From Podarcis liolepis (lineage: Eukaryota): a DNA stretch of 64,000 nucleotides. Position numbers and translations under genes: made by a program. A model generated the notes under the pieces. That model was given only the letters and a program-made list of their open reading frames with translations. It did not search any database and was not told the DNA's origin. The stretch lies in the NCBI GenBank assembly GCA_965112155.1, contig OZ218102.1. One strand, written 5' to 3'. Each line of letters begins with the position of its first letter. Position 1 is the first letter of the stretch. Positions 1 through 11,420 of this stretch are shown piece after piece.

Positions 1-344
1 AGTGACAACAGTTCAAAATATTTAATAAAAAGTCACCATCTAAATTCAGGCAGCATTCACACAATCATTTTACATGCGGGAAAAGGCAAACCATCCCCCT
101 AAATACCCCCTCCCCCCCCCCGGACAACATGAAGCAGACAAAAAAAGGATAATGGGCCCTGTTTGTAATTGTCACTCAATAAAAATTCATAAATTTTCCT
201 TCCTTTTTACAAGACAGCAACAACTAAAATCATTGTGTGTCCGTGTGAGAGAGAAACTGCGACGCCTTGGTCATTTTAGGTTTTTTTTTAAATAACTCAA
301 TGATTTTACTGAGGTCATTTTTCATGTGCTTACTTCCACAAGGG

Positions 345-625
345 GTCTGGAAGTAAGCAATGGCAATGGGCATTTTCTGCAGCAGCTTCCTGCTTACGGA
401 ATGCTCTCCCCGGGGAGGCTCGCCTGGTACCTTGGTTACATGTCTTGAGGCACCAGGCAAAAACATTTGACTTCTCCCAGGCCTTTGCCTAATTATGGCC
501 TTTTAAACTGGGTGTGGGCTTATTGGCTTTTGTTTGTTACTATGTTATGTATTTTTTGTGCTTTTTTATTGTGCTCCATGATCCTCAAATGAAGGGTGGT
601 ATAGAAATTTAATAAATAGATAATA
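345..625 (+). mobile_element. L2 LINE 3' end remnant
   Basis: Translates to WAFSAAASCLRNALPGEARLVP...QAKTFDFSQAF, matching the L2 ORF2 C-terminus (RAFSxAAPxLWNxLP...KTxLFxxAF), followed by a T-rich 3' UTR and AATAAATA-type tail. Confidence 0.8.
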
Positions 626-769
626 ATGTTGTTTCTTCAAGGGGAGTATTGCCCCATCCAAAACACACCAAATTCCTGTTCTTCGCAAGAAAGACCGCTA
701 CCTTGTGTGCATTAAGCTTCACTTATTTTGGCCCCCTCCAGCTCAGCACTGCTACCAGGTCAAGCCACC

Positions 770-792
770 TCAATCAATCAATCAATCAATCA
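770..792. repeat. (TCAA)n microsatellite
   Basis: tcaatcaatcaatcaatcaatca read directly. Confidence 0.9.
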
Positions 793-1861
793 TCTGGCCA
801 CTCTAGCAATGCATATTGAAGAATCAAAACCACAGGTAACCCAGAGACTACTGATACTAACAAACAACACTGTGCACTGAAACATGCTATAGAACATTAA
901 TAACAAATTATAGTTATTTATGTGTATGCAGTACAACCTACACACACATTCCTACACACAGCCGTAATGAACCACTGTTTACGCTGTTCAATTTCCTTTC
1001 ATAATGTGAGCAAACGTAATCATTTGACAGGATAATTGCCTAAAATTAGTCAATTTACATTTGTTTGGATAGCTCTCTCTCATTTTTCCCCGAGTGTGAA
1101 TTACTCTAATCAGGAAATGAAGGAACAAAATCTGTGAAAATAAAATAGATAGTGATGATCGGGAAATCTGTAAAGAAAACTAAAAAAAGAATCTTGCACC
1201 CAAGGAACCACAGCAAAACAAAGTCAGGAAAGCGCTTTCATTTTCTTAATTAGAGATATACAGCACGTTGGTTCCACTTCATGTATTTAGAACAAATATA
1301 ACTGGAGATTATTATTATTATTTGTTCTTAAAGTAGCTTAAAATTACCACAGCTCAGATGTGTAGATTAATAAATACAGACCCATGGCCATGATAACCAA
1401 TCTTCGTTATGTACAGTGCTATTACATATTATCATTAAATAATTGTCCTGATTAGTACAACTGTAAATAGGATGAATCTTTGGCCCTGCAGTAGTTCATG
1501 CAAACATTAGCCTACACAGCTGACTTATGCCCAGGGTTTGTTTTATTTTGTTTTTGAAAAGAAATACTTTTAGAATTCATTGAGCTTTGTCCATCCTCAT
1601 CCAAGATGAAGCTGAGAGTGCATGAATATCAATAATAAAAAATACCGGTACATGCAAGCATATTATAAAATATAGCAGCTGAAACCCACAGTAATAGTGT
1701 ATAACCCATATGGAGACATTATAAGCCAGTGATGTAACAGCACAATGGTAGCCAATGGAAACAAGTTTGTTAATTTTTTGTGGCAAATGCTAGACTACTG
1801 CCCCGAGTGTACTTTAGAAATAGACTTTCTGTATGCATCTACTGGCAATTTTCCTGAGAAT

Positions 1862-1989
1862 GGGATGAACCAGACTAAGTTGTTTGAACTTAAGTTCCAT
1901 TGATTTCAATGAGAACTTAGCAATGACTAATCTTGCCCATTTATTTCAATGTTACCTAAATGTAACTAACTTATTCTGGAACCAATCCA
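1862..1989. mobile_element. Palindromic MITE-like element
   Basis: Imperfect terminal inverted repeats ggatgaaccagactaagtt / aacttattctggaaccaatcc and internal ccattgatttcaatg cores. Confidence 0.55.
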
Positions 1990-2010
1990 ATATACATAAA
2001 AGTAGCAATA

Positions 2011-2120
2011 CCTCAGGTGGCGCAATGGGTCAGTGTGTCTGGCTATTAACCAGAAGGTTGATGGCTGTGGCAGGACTAGATGACTCTCAAGGTCCCTTTC
2101 AACTCTACAAAAATTCTATG
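2011..2120 (+). mobile_element. tRNA-Asn-derived head joined to CR1 3' tail (SINE-like chimera)
   Basis: gtggcgcaatgggtcagtgtgtctggctattaaccagaaggttg resembles tRNA-Asn(GTT); followed by CR1-type end ggactagatgactctcaaggtccctttcaactcta...attctatg; no intact B box. Confidence 0.7.
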
Positions 2121-2154
2121 GCTACTGAACTGATAGTCTTTGGAATGATGTGAT

Positions 2155-2420
2155 ATTTATTTGTTTAACAAACTTCTAATTCGTGTTTTAAAATACACCC
2201 TTCACAAAGCAGGTTACAACATTACCCCCCCCCAAAAAAAATCCCATTTAAAACATTACTATAAAAACAATACTATAAAAAAGTTAGTACAAAAGCAGCC
2301 AATAGCCCAGCATAAGGGAAAACTCCAAAAACCAGACCACAACGCTATCTCCACAGCTCAATTAAAAACTAGCCATTGAAAGCCACAACAAAAATGTGGG
2401 TCTTCAAGGCCAGTTTAAGT
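2155..2420 (-). mobile_element. L2 LINE 3' remnant
   Basis: Minus strand reads ALKTHIFVVAF (L2 terminal LKTHLF..AF motif) then a T-rich UTR. Confidence 0.5.
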
Positions 2421-4335
2421 CTCTGTTACAGGGTCTTCTCAGACTCTTAAACACCTCTGTTTTCACACATTTATCTCGGGCAGGAAAGCTGGATTCCTTC
2501 TTTCTTTTTTATTTAATGCTTGTATTAGTATCCTCTATCCTGTTTTGCAGAACACCTCAAAACAAGTGAAAGAATGCACAACTACAAACAAATTAAAGCA
2601 TAGCTCCCCACCCATACATAAAATTAAAAACCAATGGTGTTTCATTTTATATCAGAATCTACTCATTTTAAAAGCAGTTTAAAACAGAAACAGCCATAGA
2701 TTAGATATTTGCAACTAATCTTTTTTCTTAAAGAAAAATCATGGCATGTTCTTGCAAAGGATACCAATGAGGAAATAGTCACACGTAGCCATGCACATGT
2801 ATTTACACACATATGGAAAGGCTTTTGGTCTGGTGGATGCCTCCACCAATGAAAGAAGAGAGAAAGTGATATTTTCATATTTCTCTCCCATGCAGCCTCT
2901 GGCAAAAGCTGAAAATTGGCTCCCTCAGACCCTTCAGATCAGGGTGGAGGACGTCACCAATGCATGGGCACCAACTGTACACGATATCCTACATACAGCT
3001 GTAATCTGAGCAACATCTGTAAAGCATCTCTAACCATATCAGACAACCTGTCTTTATTTATTAACCACAAATTAATTTATCTTCCTTACTTCAATAAGTG
3101 TGTGAACTCCAACTTTTCAAATAAAGCTCGATGATTTGGGACAGGAGACAGGAAGACTATGAGAGGAGGCAGTGCCAACGGGCAATCCGGTGGTTGCTAT
3201 TTTATTTATTTATTCAAAGGCATTGATAAACCACTTAATATCAAACAGAGCTATGCTGTAGACTGAAAACAGGCTCACCTCAACAAATATTTCTCTTTTA
3301 AAATAAGCACTGATCTCCTTTACTTCCTTTAGCTGCTCCAAAATCTACAGTTGGAAGCTGTTAGGTACCTATGGACTTGGAATCCGTCGAACATAATTAC
3401 TTATTCCCGCTTACAAGGCTTTGACATATACAGTGCATAGCTGTAAGCTAGTATATAAACTTTACTACGGTATATTATGACCAAATAATATAGTAAGTTT
3501 TCTCATTTACACAAGAAAGGCATCAAGAAAGGGCCTCTCATGCGACTGAAGTGAATCAACAGAACTAGATACCCTTATACACCCATACGAAGCAAGAAAC
3601 TTGTTCTGTTGCAGTGATTCCAAGCTCATACATATACAAATGTCTGAAGTTGAATGGCCAGATGTTTTATGTATGTTAGGACTGCAACAGGGACTAGAGG
3701 ATACTTTTTTGAAAATTGCAGCAAATAACTCGGGAGAACAAAATCAAATATAACTCCTTGTAAAGCTTCCAGTCATACATCTGGAAGAATTGAAAAACCT
3801 AAGAGCAAATCCCCAAATCTCTGGCAGCCAGAGCAGTGACCCCATCTTTCTTGTTTATAGTGTGAGACAGGTCACTTGATTGCTTACAGCTATTTCTCCG
3901 ATATCTGAAGATACAGCTGAACACCTAAAGGGCCAATATGATTTAGTGAAAATTGCTGCCTAATTGAGCCAATTTTTTGTCAGAAAGGCTTCTTTGTACT
4001 ATTCCATCCAGCTGTCTATGCGATGGTCACCTACTGTATCCACTTGTTATTTCTTCCAAGGGGGATTGCTTTCCCAAAGGTTCACAAAAAGTGTAGCCAA
4101 CTTGGTCACAATTCTCTCTTTAAAGACACTGAAACTTTATGAATTATCATTCCCAAGCCAAGGGGGGGGGGATAGTACTCGAAATTTGCTAAGCTTTAAC
4201 AAGGACTAAAAACAAAACAGACAGCTGAAGTTAGATAAACCTTGCAAAAATAGAGGGCTGTCTCATTGGCTTCTTACACTAGCATATCAATAATAGAAGC
4301 AAGCCTAGGCTATCCAGGCATTTGCCCAAAACCTT

Positions 4336-4591
4336 TGGGCTAAAAGTGGGGAACACATGTAAGCTTTGCCTCAGGGTCTTCACATGTGCTGGATACACTT
4401 CAGATCTTCCTGCACTGATAGGGGAGGTATGAGGGGGCGTCAGAGTATGTTTAGCTAAATGTGCTTTAAATCTGCCCCATGACTGAAAATCTTGATAAGC
4501 TGGAAAGTGCTGAAGTGGAACAGCCACATGCAGGGACGTTTACGGCAAGGTTTGCATGCACACCCTGACGCCTACCCCTACTTTTAGCCCA
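4336..4591. repeat. Long imperfect inverted repeat (foldback/MITE remnant)
   Basis: Nested arm pairs tgggctaaaagtgggg/cccctacttttagccca, catgtaagctttgcc/ggcaaggtttgcatg, cacttcag/ctgaagtg. Confidence 0.7.
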
Positions 4592-4807
4592 TGCTAAATA
4601 CACTTTCACCCTCTACCTAATGTAGATTACTAGATCTCCACTCCCAATGTGAATATAGTCTTGCACACTGGGAGAGTGAGATGAAACCTAGGGAAGGTTT
4701 AGGGTCCTTGTGGGTAAATTTATGGGGAGGTAGGTTATAAGGTAAATCTTGCTTTTCTGGCACACCAACCAATCCCCCTACATATCATCTTGATTATTTT
4801 GTTTTTA

Positions 4808-5049
4808 CAGTGGTACCTCGGGTTAAGTACTTAATTCATTCCAGAGGTCCGTTCTTAACCTGAAACTGTTCTTAACCTGAGGCACCACTTTAGCTAATGG
4901 GGCCTCCCGTTGCCGCCGTGCCGCCGGAGCACAATTTCTGTTCTCATCCTGAAGCAAAGTTCTTAACCTGAGGTACTATTTCTGGGTTAGCGGAGTCTGT
5001 AACCTAAAGTGTATGTAACCTGAAGCGTATGTAACCCAAGGTACCACTG
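4808..5049. mobile_element. Tc1/mariner-pogo (Tigger-like) MITE, family A
   Basis: TIRs cagtggtacctcgggtta / taacccaaggtaccactg, TA on both sides; related copies at 21091, 33252, 50207. Confidence 0.9.
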
Positions 5050-5182
5050 TATTGTACTTTAAAACCCTCCCCTTCCCCTTTTTATTGCTATGCAAATGCA
5101 TGCTTCATTGGGAGATGACCCAACAAAATCCAAGGAATCTCACAGTAACTCTTCCATCAGAATCCATAGGCAAACTCATATA

Positions 5183-5283
5183 CGGTGGTACCTCTGGTTG
5201 CGGACGGTATCCATTTTGGAGGTCCGGTCAGATCCCGAAGTTTCCGCAACCTGAGGACCGCGCTTCTGCGCATGTGCAGACTG
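5183..5283. mobile_element. Internally deleted Tigger-like MITE
   Basis: ta|cggtggtacctctggttg...actg|ta; shares cttctgcgca motif with the 39352 copy. Confidence 0.65.
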
Positions 5284-7099
5284 TAATTTGCTTGCAGAAG
5301 TTCCAGTTATGTTGTGGCAGTGAGCTAGAGGAGTTGCAGATGCATAACTGTGTATGCAGTTAAGGATCACAGTTCCCCTAAATAGATCTTACACTGGCAT
5401 TTATTATAGGAAAAGATCTGCACCACTCTTTGGAGACTGGTTGGCTATAAGAACTACCGTGATAAAGCCCTCATTGTATGCACCAATATTTTGCATAAAC
5501 ACACACAGCTTAATTGGATTACAGTTTGCATTGATAACATTTTCAAACACCACCAAGCTATGTGTTAAGTTTATTCTAACAAAACCAGATCATTTGCCTT
5601 TTCTTTGCCAACAAAAAACAGTTTCTTCCTTTCATTAGAAGCCAGTAGAGTAAATCTAGTGAAAAGAACACTTACAATGAAGGTCTTGGTTTGTTTTGCT
5701 TTGAAACTTAATATTATATCTTCTAAAACAACAGACCCTCTGGCAAATTAGACCTTATCCCAGTAAGAAAACTCGTGGCTCTATTGAAAAGGACATTTTT
5801 TAAAAAGTCAAATACTTCAAAATCCTTAACATCCGCAGATGTCTTATTACCTGCTACCACCTGTGGCCTCTGTTGCAGAGTCTGTGGCTTTCATTTTGAT
5901 GTGCTACAGTTCTCTATAACAAGCTGTTTCCTAGCAGACATACCAATTCATCATTTCAGGAAAGCCCTAAATTGCCCCACAGATGGACATTACAGAGAAC
6001 AGGAACAGCCAACCCTCAGCCTTTTGTGAATTATTTGACAAGTCAGAATTATAAGTGTCATGGCAGAGGTAATCATATGTATAGCACTGGGATGTATTGT
6101 GTGTGGTTTTTTTTAGCTATTAGGCAGGCCTTTGGTAAGAACGCAAAATAGCATATCCATATGAAAGAAGCAGCGAAAATACAGGTGGCAGCTATAAGAA
6201 ATAAAAGAAAACTGAAAGCGTCAACAGCGTTTGTTGCAAAACCTGTAATTATATAACTATAATAAACACCAGGTTATGTAGCTGTAGATTGAAACCACAT
6301 GATCTTATTCACCTGCTGCCATTGCTGAAAAGTTAAGAGAGAGGGGTCAATGGATTTGAGAATTCCATGTTTCAAAAGCTTTTGGGGGCAACTTAAACTG
6401 CCAAGGGCAGAGCCCTACAACCTAATTGCCATTCTCATGATACTGATGCATATTTATTTCATTTTGAAAATATTGCCCAAGATATATGTCTCCTTCCAAA
6501 TTGTTTCTACGTCTTTTCAGGGAACCACTGTTCTTAGTTACCGAAGCAAGTGCTGAGCTATATTATTATGAGATAAAAGAAGAAATAAAAGAAGTTCTCC
6601 TAGTTTGCAATTGACTGGGAAGAAGGTAGGATAACCTTGCGGGAAATATTCTGCCAATATTCTTCTGGGGTGAGCCCTTTGGAGAAGGGGCAAAAGCTAT
6701 AGGTACTCACAAGGGCAAAGGGAGTTGTGGGTTCTGGACACAGATTCATCCAATGAGTAGCTTTCTATCTCAGAAGATATGCCTCAGAATATCTACCAGG
6801 GACCCATCTCCACAAAAAGTCAGGGAACAGATACTTTATGGTTATTGTATAAATATATACTCACTGGTTTGCCCCAAGACTGAAAAAGGAATAGAGCAGG
6901 AGCAAGAATTTCTGAACGTTCCTCTATTTCATACAAAAATGAAGAACTGCAATGGCCTGGTGGTGTACACTTGTATGCAGAGCGTACCAACGCTTGGCTT
7001 ACGGACATCTCAAATGGTATTTGAGAATGGTTGCAGGAGCAATAGGGTTGTTAGCAAGCCGGTAAACTGCCATCTTTGGTGGCATAAGAGGCATTAGGC

Positions 7100-7567
7100 C
7101 AGAGGTCCTCAAACTTTTTCAGCAGGGGGCTGGTCCACTGTCCCTCAGACCTTGTGGGGGGAGGACTATATTTTTTGGGGGGGGGGAATGAACAAGGGAT
7201 GATGAACGGCGCACGAAAGGGCTCCAGAGAGGGGCTGCTTTAAATGGCGGTCGCTCAAGAGGGGCGCTCAGCCAACAGCAGCTCCTGTGTCTTGCAAGCA
7301 ATAGGGGCTGGTGGCAGAGGGATGATGAGTGGCACACGAAAGGGCTCCGGAGAGGGGCTGGCACCAACAAAGCCCAGCCCCCTTCCACCTCTAGGCAAGG
7401 CAGGGAGAAACCAGGAGGAGGGAGGGAGGAGGTACCGCCGTTGCCGTGTGAGGGAGAGGAAACAAACGCATGTGCTGGCGATCCACACAGCAATTCCTGG
7501 ACCGTCCGTTGGCCATTGGGCAATTGGGCCTGATCTGGCCCACAGACCTTACGTTTGCCGACCCATA
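7100..7567. mobile_element. Non-autonomous hAT (Charlie-group) element
   Basis: Starts cagaggtcctcaaactt, ends gtttgccgacccata; perfect 8-bp TSD cattaggc at 7092-7099 and 7568-7575. Confidence 0.9.
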
Positions 7568-7575
7568 CATTAGGC

Positions 7576-7880
7576 TGAAGGGACAGGGGAGGGGCACTCT
7601 ATCACAGCCCACAAGGGACCCCCTTAAGGTATCTCGGTGGGGGCAATTTATGTCCTGAAGTCTACCTCTGGGTCTGATGGGCCATGATGCCGTAGCTGCA
7701 GCTCACACCATGCTGAATCTCAGCAATTGTCAACTCCTGCTATCAAACAACGAGCTGGTTGATCATGTGGATATATGCCCAATGCCTATGCCAAACCTGT
7801 TACATTGTAATTAATAAAGTTGTGGTCTATTTTTATCCAGTGCAGATTGTGTTTCTCATTCTTTACTACTTCCATCCCCA
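7576..7880 (+). mobile_element. LTR/DIRS-like terminal repeat remnant (likely host of the hAT insertion, probably continuing at ~6990-7091)
   Basis: GC-richer block ending in taataaagttgtggtc...tgtgtttctcatt, a U5/polyA pattern I recall from squamate LTR/DIRS ends; termini not resolved. Confidence 0.35.
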
Positions 7881-9249
7881 CCCCCACAGCTAAACTGTAC
7901 GTGGGTCCATGATTATGTATGCTATGTTATGCTATGTATGTTTGCTCAAAAGTCTGTCTGTCTGCATTCAACAGGGCTTACTCCCTGGTAAGTGTGCACA
8001 GGATTTCACCCTTAATTTATCTAAAATAGATGTCATTGACACTGCAGGTGGTGATACCTGGAAATTAATTTTCAATATGTGACTCTTAAATGTGATAGCA
8101 TCTCTAATCTTTACTGTACTACCTTCTGTAGAGACTACAACTGGCCACTAACGACATGTCATTTTTCTTGCTGTCTATTTAAATATTTTGAAGCTCATGC
8201 TTAATTCTGAACTTAACTGACTTTCACATTGAATCACATCTAGCTTCCAGTACAATCCCTTATTGATATGCATGGGTTCTCCAGCTGTAGGAACCATTAG
8301 CATTAAAGTGAGTGCTCCATAGATGTCCCTGAACTTTATAATGATAGTAAAGAATCAGTGAAGGCTCTACTAATCAAAATATTGAATACAGTGAATACCT
8401 AATTTAAAATCACTTTACTACCTGTAAGTAGGCCTAAGGTATGTTATATAAATCCCCACAGACTTGTTAAGGAAAAGTTCATTTCCATTATTCAGATTTC
8501 CTTCTGTGTAAAACCAGTGAACCATTTTTAAAAAAATGTCACAGAAAAGGCACAAGCATTATTTAACACTTCTCACTGATTTCCTCTTCGGCTGGGGCAT
8601 ATTAACACTACAGGAGACACCCCAGAGAAAATTCCTAAGAAAAACTCAGTCCGGAAAAAAAAGACTTCATGTATATAAAAATATAACATAATCTGCTTTA
8701 CATATTTTGCTAGTCATTGCTCGGTGTTACCCTGGCTGAGATGTGATTATTAAACTTTCACACCCAATGTTAAAATTCTCAAAATGCTATCCCAATCCTA
8801 TGCAGACTTTTAAATAAAAATAGAAAGTCAACTGACCAAGGCAAAAAAAAAAAAAAAAACCTTATTAAAATGGGGAGTATGAAATTGACAGCTTGATACT
8901 TTGGCACTTTAGTTCTGCTCCACTGCTTGGCTGTGCTCAGAGTTTTAGTGAAAAACACCTTATTGCTTTCAGTTCTTTACAAGCAAACCTCCTTCAGAAA
9001 TAATACCCATGTGTTTGGACTTCTAGATTCGTTTAAAGCAGTATGGAAAAAGAGGATAAATAAGGAAAGGACCTGCTGTTCTTATAAAACTTGTGCCATA
9101 TGCTGCCCTGAGGACCCACTTTAAGCCCAACATTTGTCTTGTAAAAAAACTACCTAATGCTGGAAGAAACTTGCCCTGTGGCTTCAAAGCTGCCCTGTCT
9201 GTGCCAGTGCTTGGTGGCATTTCACTGGTGATGAAATAAATCTTCCTAC

Positions 9250-9345
9250 CACACATCTGGAGGACCACATACAGCAGGAGGAACAGCTTTTGCCATCCTG
9301 GTGCCCTCCAGATGTTTTGGATTACAACTCCAATCAGCCCCAGCC
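9250..9345. mobile_element. Fragments of a common squamate hAT-type MITE
   Basis: acatctggaggaccaca and gccctccagatgttttggattacaactcc...ccccagcca; same family at 10148. Confidence 0.6.
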
Positions 9346-9399
9346 AGTTTATTATTTATTATTACTATTATTTTTAATAATAATTTTGTTCTTCTTATT

Positions 9400-9575
9400 T
9401 CTAAAGAGAAGTGCGAAGCAAGGCTGCGTTCTCACCCCAAATCTCTTTAGCATATTCTTCTCCCTGGCGCTCTTATATGCCTTCAGCATGTAAGAACTGT
9501 TTCACTCGGCTCTATATAGGGAAGACATTATAAAGATGTCTGCAAATGTGTGACATGGAAGCTGCCAAAATCTTG
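9400..9575 (+). mobile_element. RTE-clade LINE remnant, internally deleted
   Basis: KRSAKQGCVLTPNLFSIFFS..LYAF matches the RTE RT motif GVKQGCVLAPTLF; shortly after, HYKDVCK..DMEAAKI matches the RTE C-terminal RYKDVCKRDMK motif. Confidence 0.7.
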
Positions 9576-10147
9576 GTTCAGTGAATAAGGTTATCACTAG
9601 CCTTCAATGAAATCTGTTTAGCTAATGTAGATATAACACACTCTGTGTTAGCATTTCACACCTCTGATGCTGCAGATGAGATTGGTGTAAATCACATGCT
9701 AGTCTGGGAAGATTGTGGGAACGGAAGACAGTCTTATCTCTTCCACTGTATGTACTATTTGTACTGTACTTTTGCTTTTACTTCTGCCCATATCTTCTCT
9801 TGGAGCTGGAGAGAGAGAGATGCCATGATTCCTTTGTCTGTACATAGTGTGTAAATAAATACGTAGATTAGCTCTACAATGTCTCACGCTTCTTGCTGTG
9901 TTATGCTAGAAGATTAGCGTGCATGTATCATTTGATATATGTTGCTGAAGTGCATTGGAGAAGAAGGGAAATGCCTTTTCCAGAGCTGCGCATACCAGTG
10001 GACGCTCAGACTTTGGGGGCTGCAGGGGCACCCCAGGACATTTTCCAACATGCTGTACCAAGAGAACTTGGGATCCAGATCTTGGATCCCCAGTCCTCTT
10101 TTCACTGCAGAATCTACACAGAAGTAGACCTATTGCATAGCCATCCT

Positions 10148-10270
10148 AGGACAGGATGGTAAACCTGTGGCCCTCCAAAGGTTGTTGAATTCCAACTCCC
10201 ATAAGACTCAGCCATCATGGTCAATAGTCAAATATAGTGGGAGCCTCAGTTCTGCAGATTCTCCATTCAT
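10148..10270. mobile_element. Squamate hAT-type MITE, degraded
   Basis: aacctgtggccctccaaaggttgttgaattccaactcccat...tgggag. Confidence 0.6.
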
Positions 10271-10744
10271 ATTTTAGCTTCTGATACCTGCATAGAAGCA
10301 AATAATGTCCCTGAATTTCATTTAACGCTACAGCTTTGTATCTGGCACAAAAATTGTACAGAATGTTTCTGGAGCATTTGAATTTGCTGCTGGGATGTCA
10401 ATTTGTACCAGTTAATCTTAACATACTGTAGTAATTGAAACTCATCAAATGATGAAGATCTAAGTGTTTAGAAATTTTCTTTTGAAAACCAAAAAGAGCC
10501 TGGGGGGGGGGGACTGCCCAAGAAATTCTGATTTTTGCAAAAATGTTCCATCCTATTTTTCAAGCAATAACTGATCCAGGAAAGCAAATATCTACAGACA
10601 TCACATTTGGGGAGTGGGGTGGGGCATTTTAGTATCCCAAAATAAACCAATACTTTATTGCAGTCCAAAGACCCACAAAACAATTTCAAAACAAGATACA
10701 GTTAAAGACCAGACAGACAGATGGAAGAAACCAAGGCAGTCATT

Positions 10745-11420
10745 TTGTGTTATCTAGGGCATAATGATCTCTGTTTCTTAAAGAAACTTTGCCACAGCCA
10801 GTGTAATATCATTTGACCTGTCTTCCAAAAGATATTTAATATGGGAGGCTTCGGATTTTCCTGGCAAATTTGCCAGTAAGGGTTTGATCAGTTGATCCCT
10901 TGCTTGCTCATACTGCCCACAATGCAGTAGGATATGCTTCATACAATTGATGTCCTGGGAACATAAACAAAGCCTATTCTGATAGGGGATGCCTCTCAGT
11001 CTGCCATTTAGAACTTCCAAGGGAAATACATTTAGTCTGGCTTTGGTAAATAAACCCCGATAGGTAGGTACAGAGAAATTACTAAGGTATGAGGGTATCT
11101 GAAAATTGTACCCGTATTGGATTCCAGCTGATACTTGGATACAAATTACATAAGATTGGGATCGCAGGTCACTATGTAAGATGTCCCAAAGCCTTTGCCT
11201 CAGGGATTCAAGGGCAGTGTCGGAACCCAGATGATATAAGAGGGATGATGGCAGTTCAATCGAGGTGGCTTTTCTGACCATAGTTTTTAGCCATGGGCTG
11301 ACAAACTTCTTGTTGGTTAAATGTACTAATAATCCCTTCCCCAGGCCGAATACTGAGATCTTGAGTCAGTATCTCAAGGAAGCCCACCATGCTTTGGTGG
11401 AGAGTGGGCATTCACCTGTT
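10745..11420 (-). mobile_element. Non-LTR retrotransposon ORF C-terminus, RTE-X-like
   Basis: ORF 10778-11281 (-) contains FTKARLN...GR..IPY.NRLCLC...HILLHC..Y...R, a C-terminal CCHC knuckle region of LINE ORF2. Confidence 0.75.

Noticed and set aside
2011-2070. Functional tRNA-Asn gene
   Set aside because: Anticodon region mutated; T arm/B box and 3' acceptor strand missing
6313-6324. Possible 12-nt microexon on the minus strand (cttttcag|caatggcagcag|gtgaat)
   Set aside because: Weak donor and no host gene identified
7119-7658. Cluster of GC-rich ORFs
   Set aside because: Lie mostly within a TSD-bounded non-autonomous hAT; no transposase motifs
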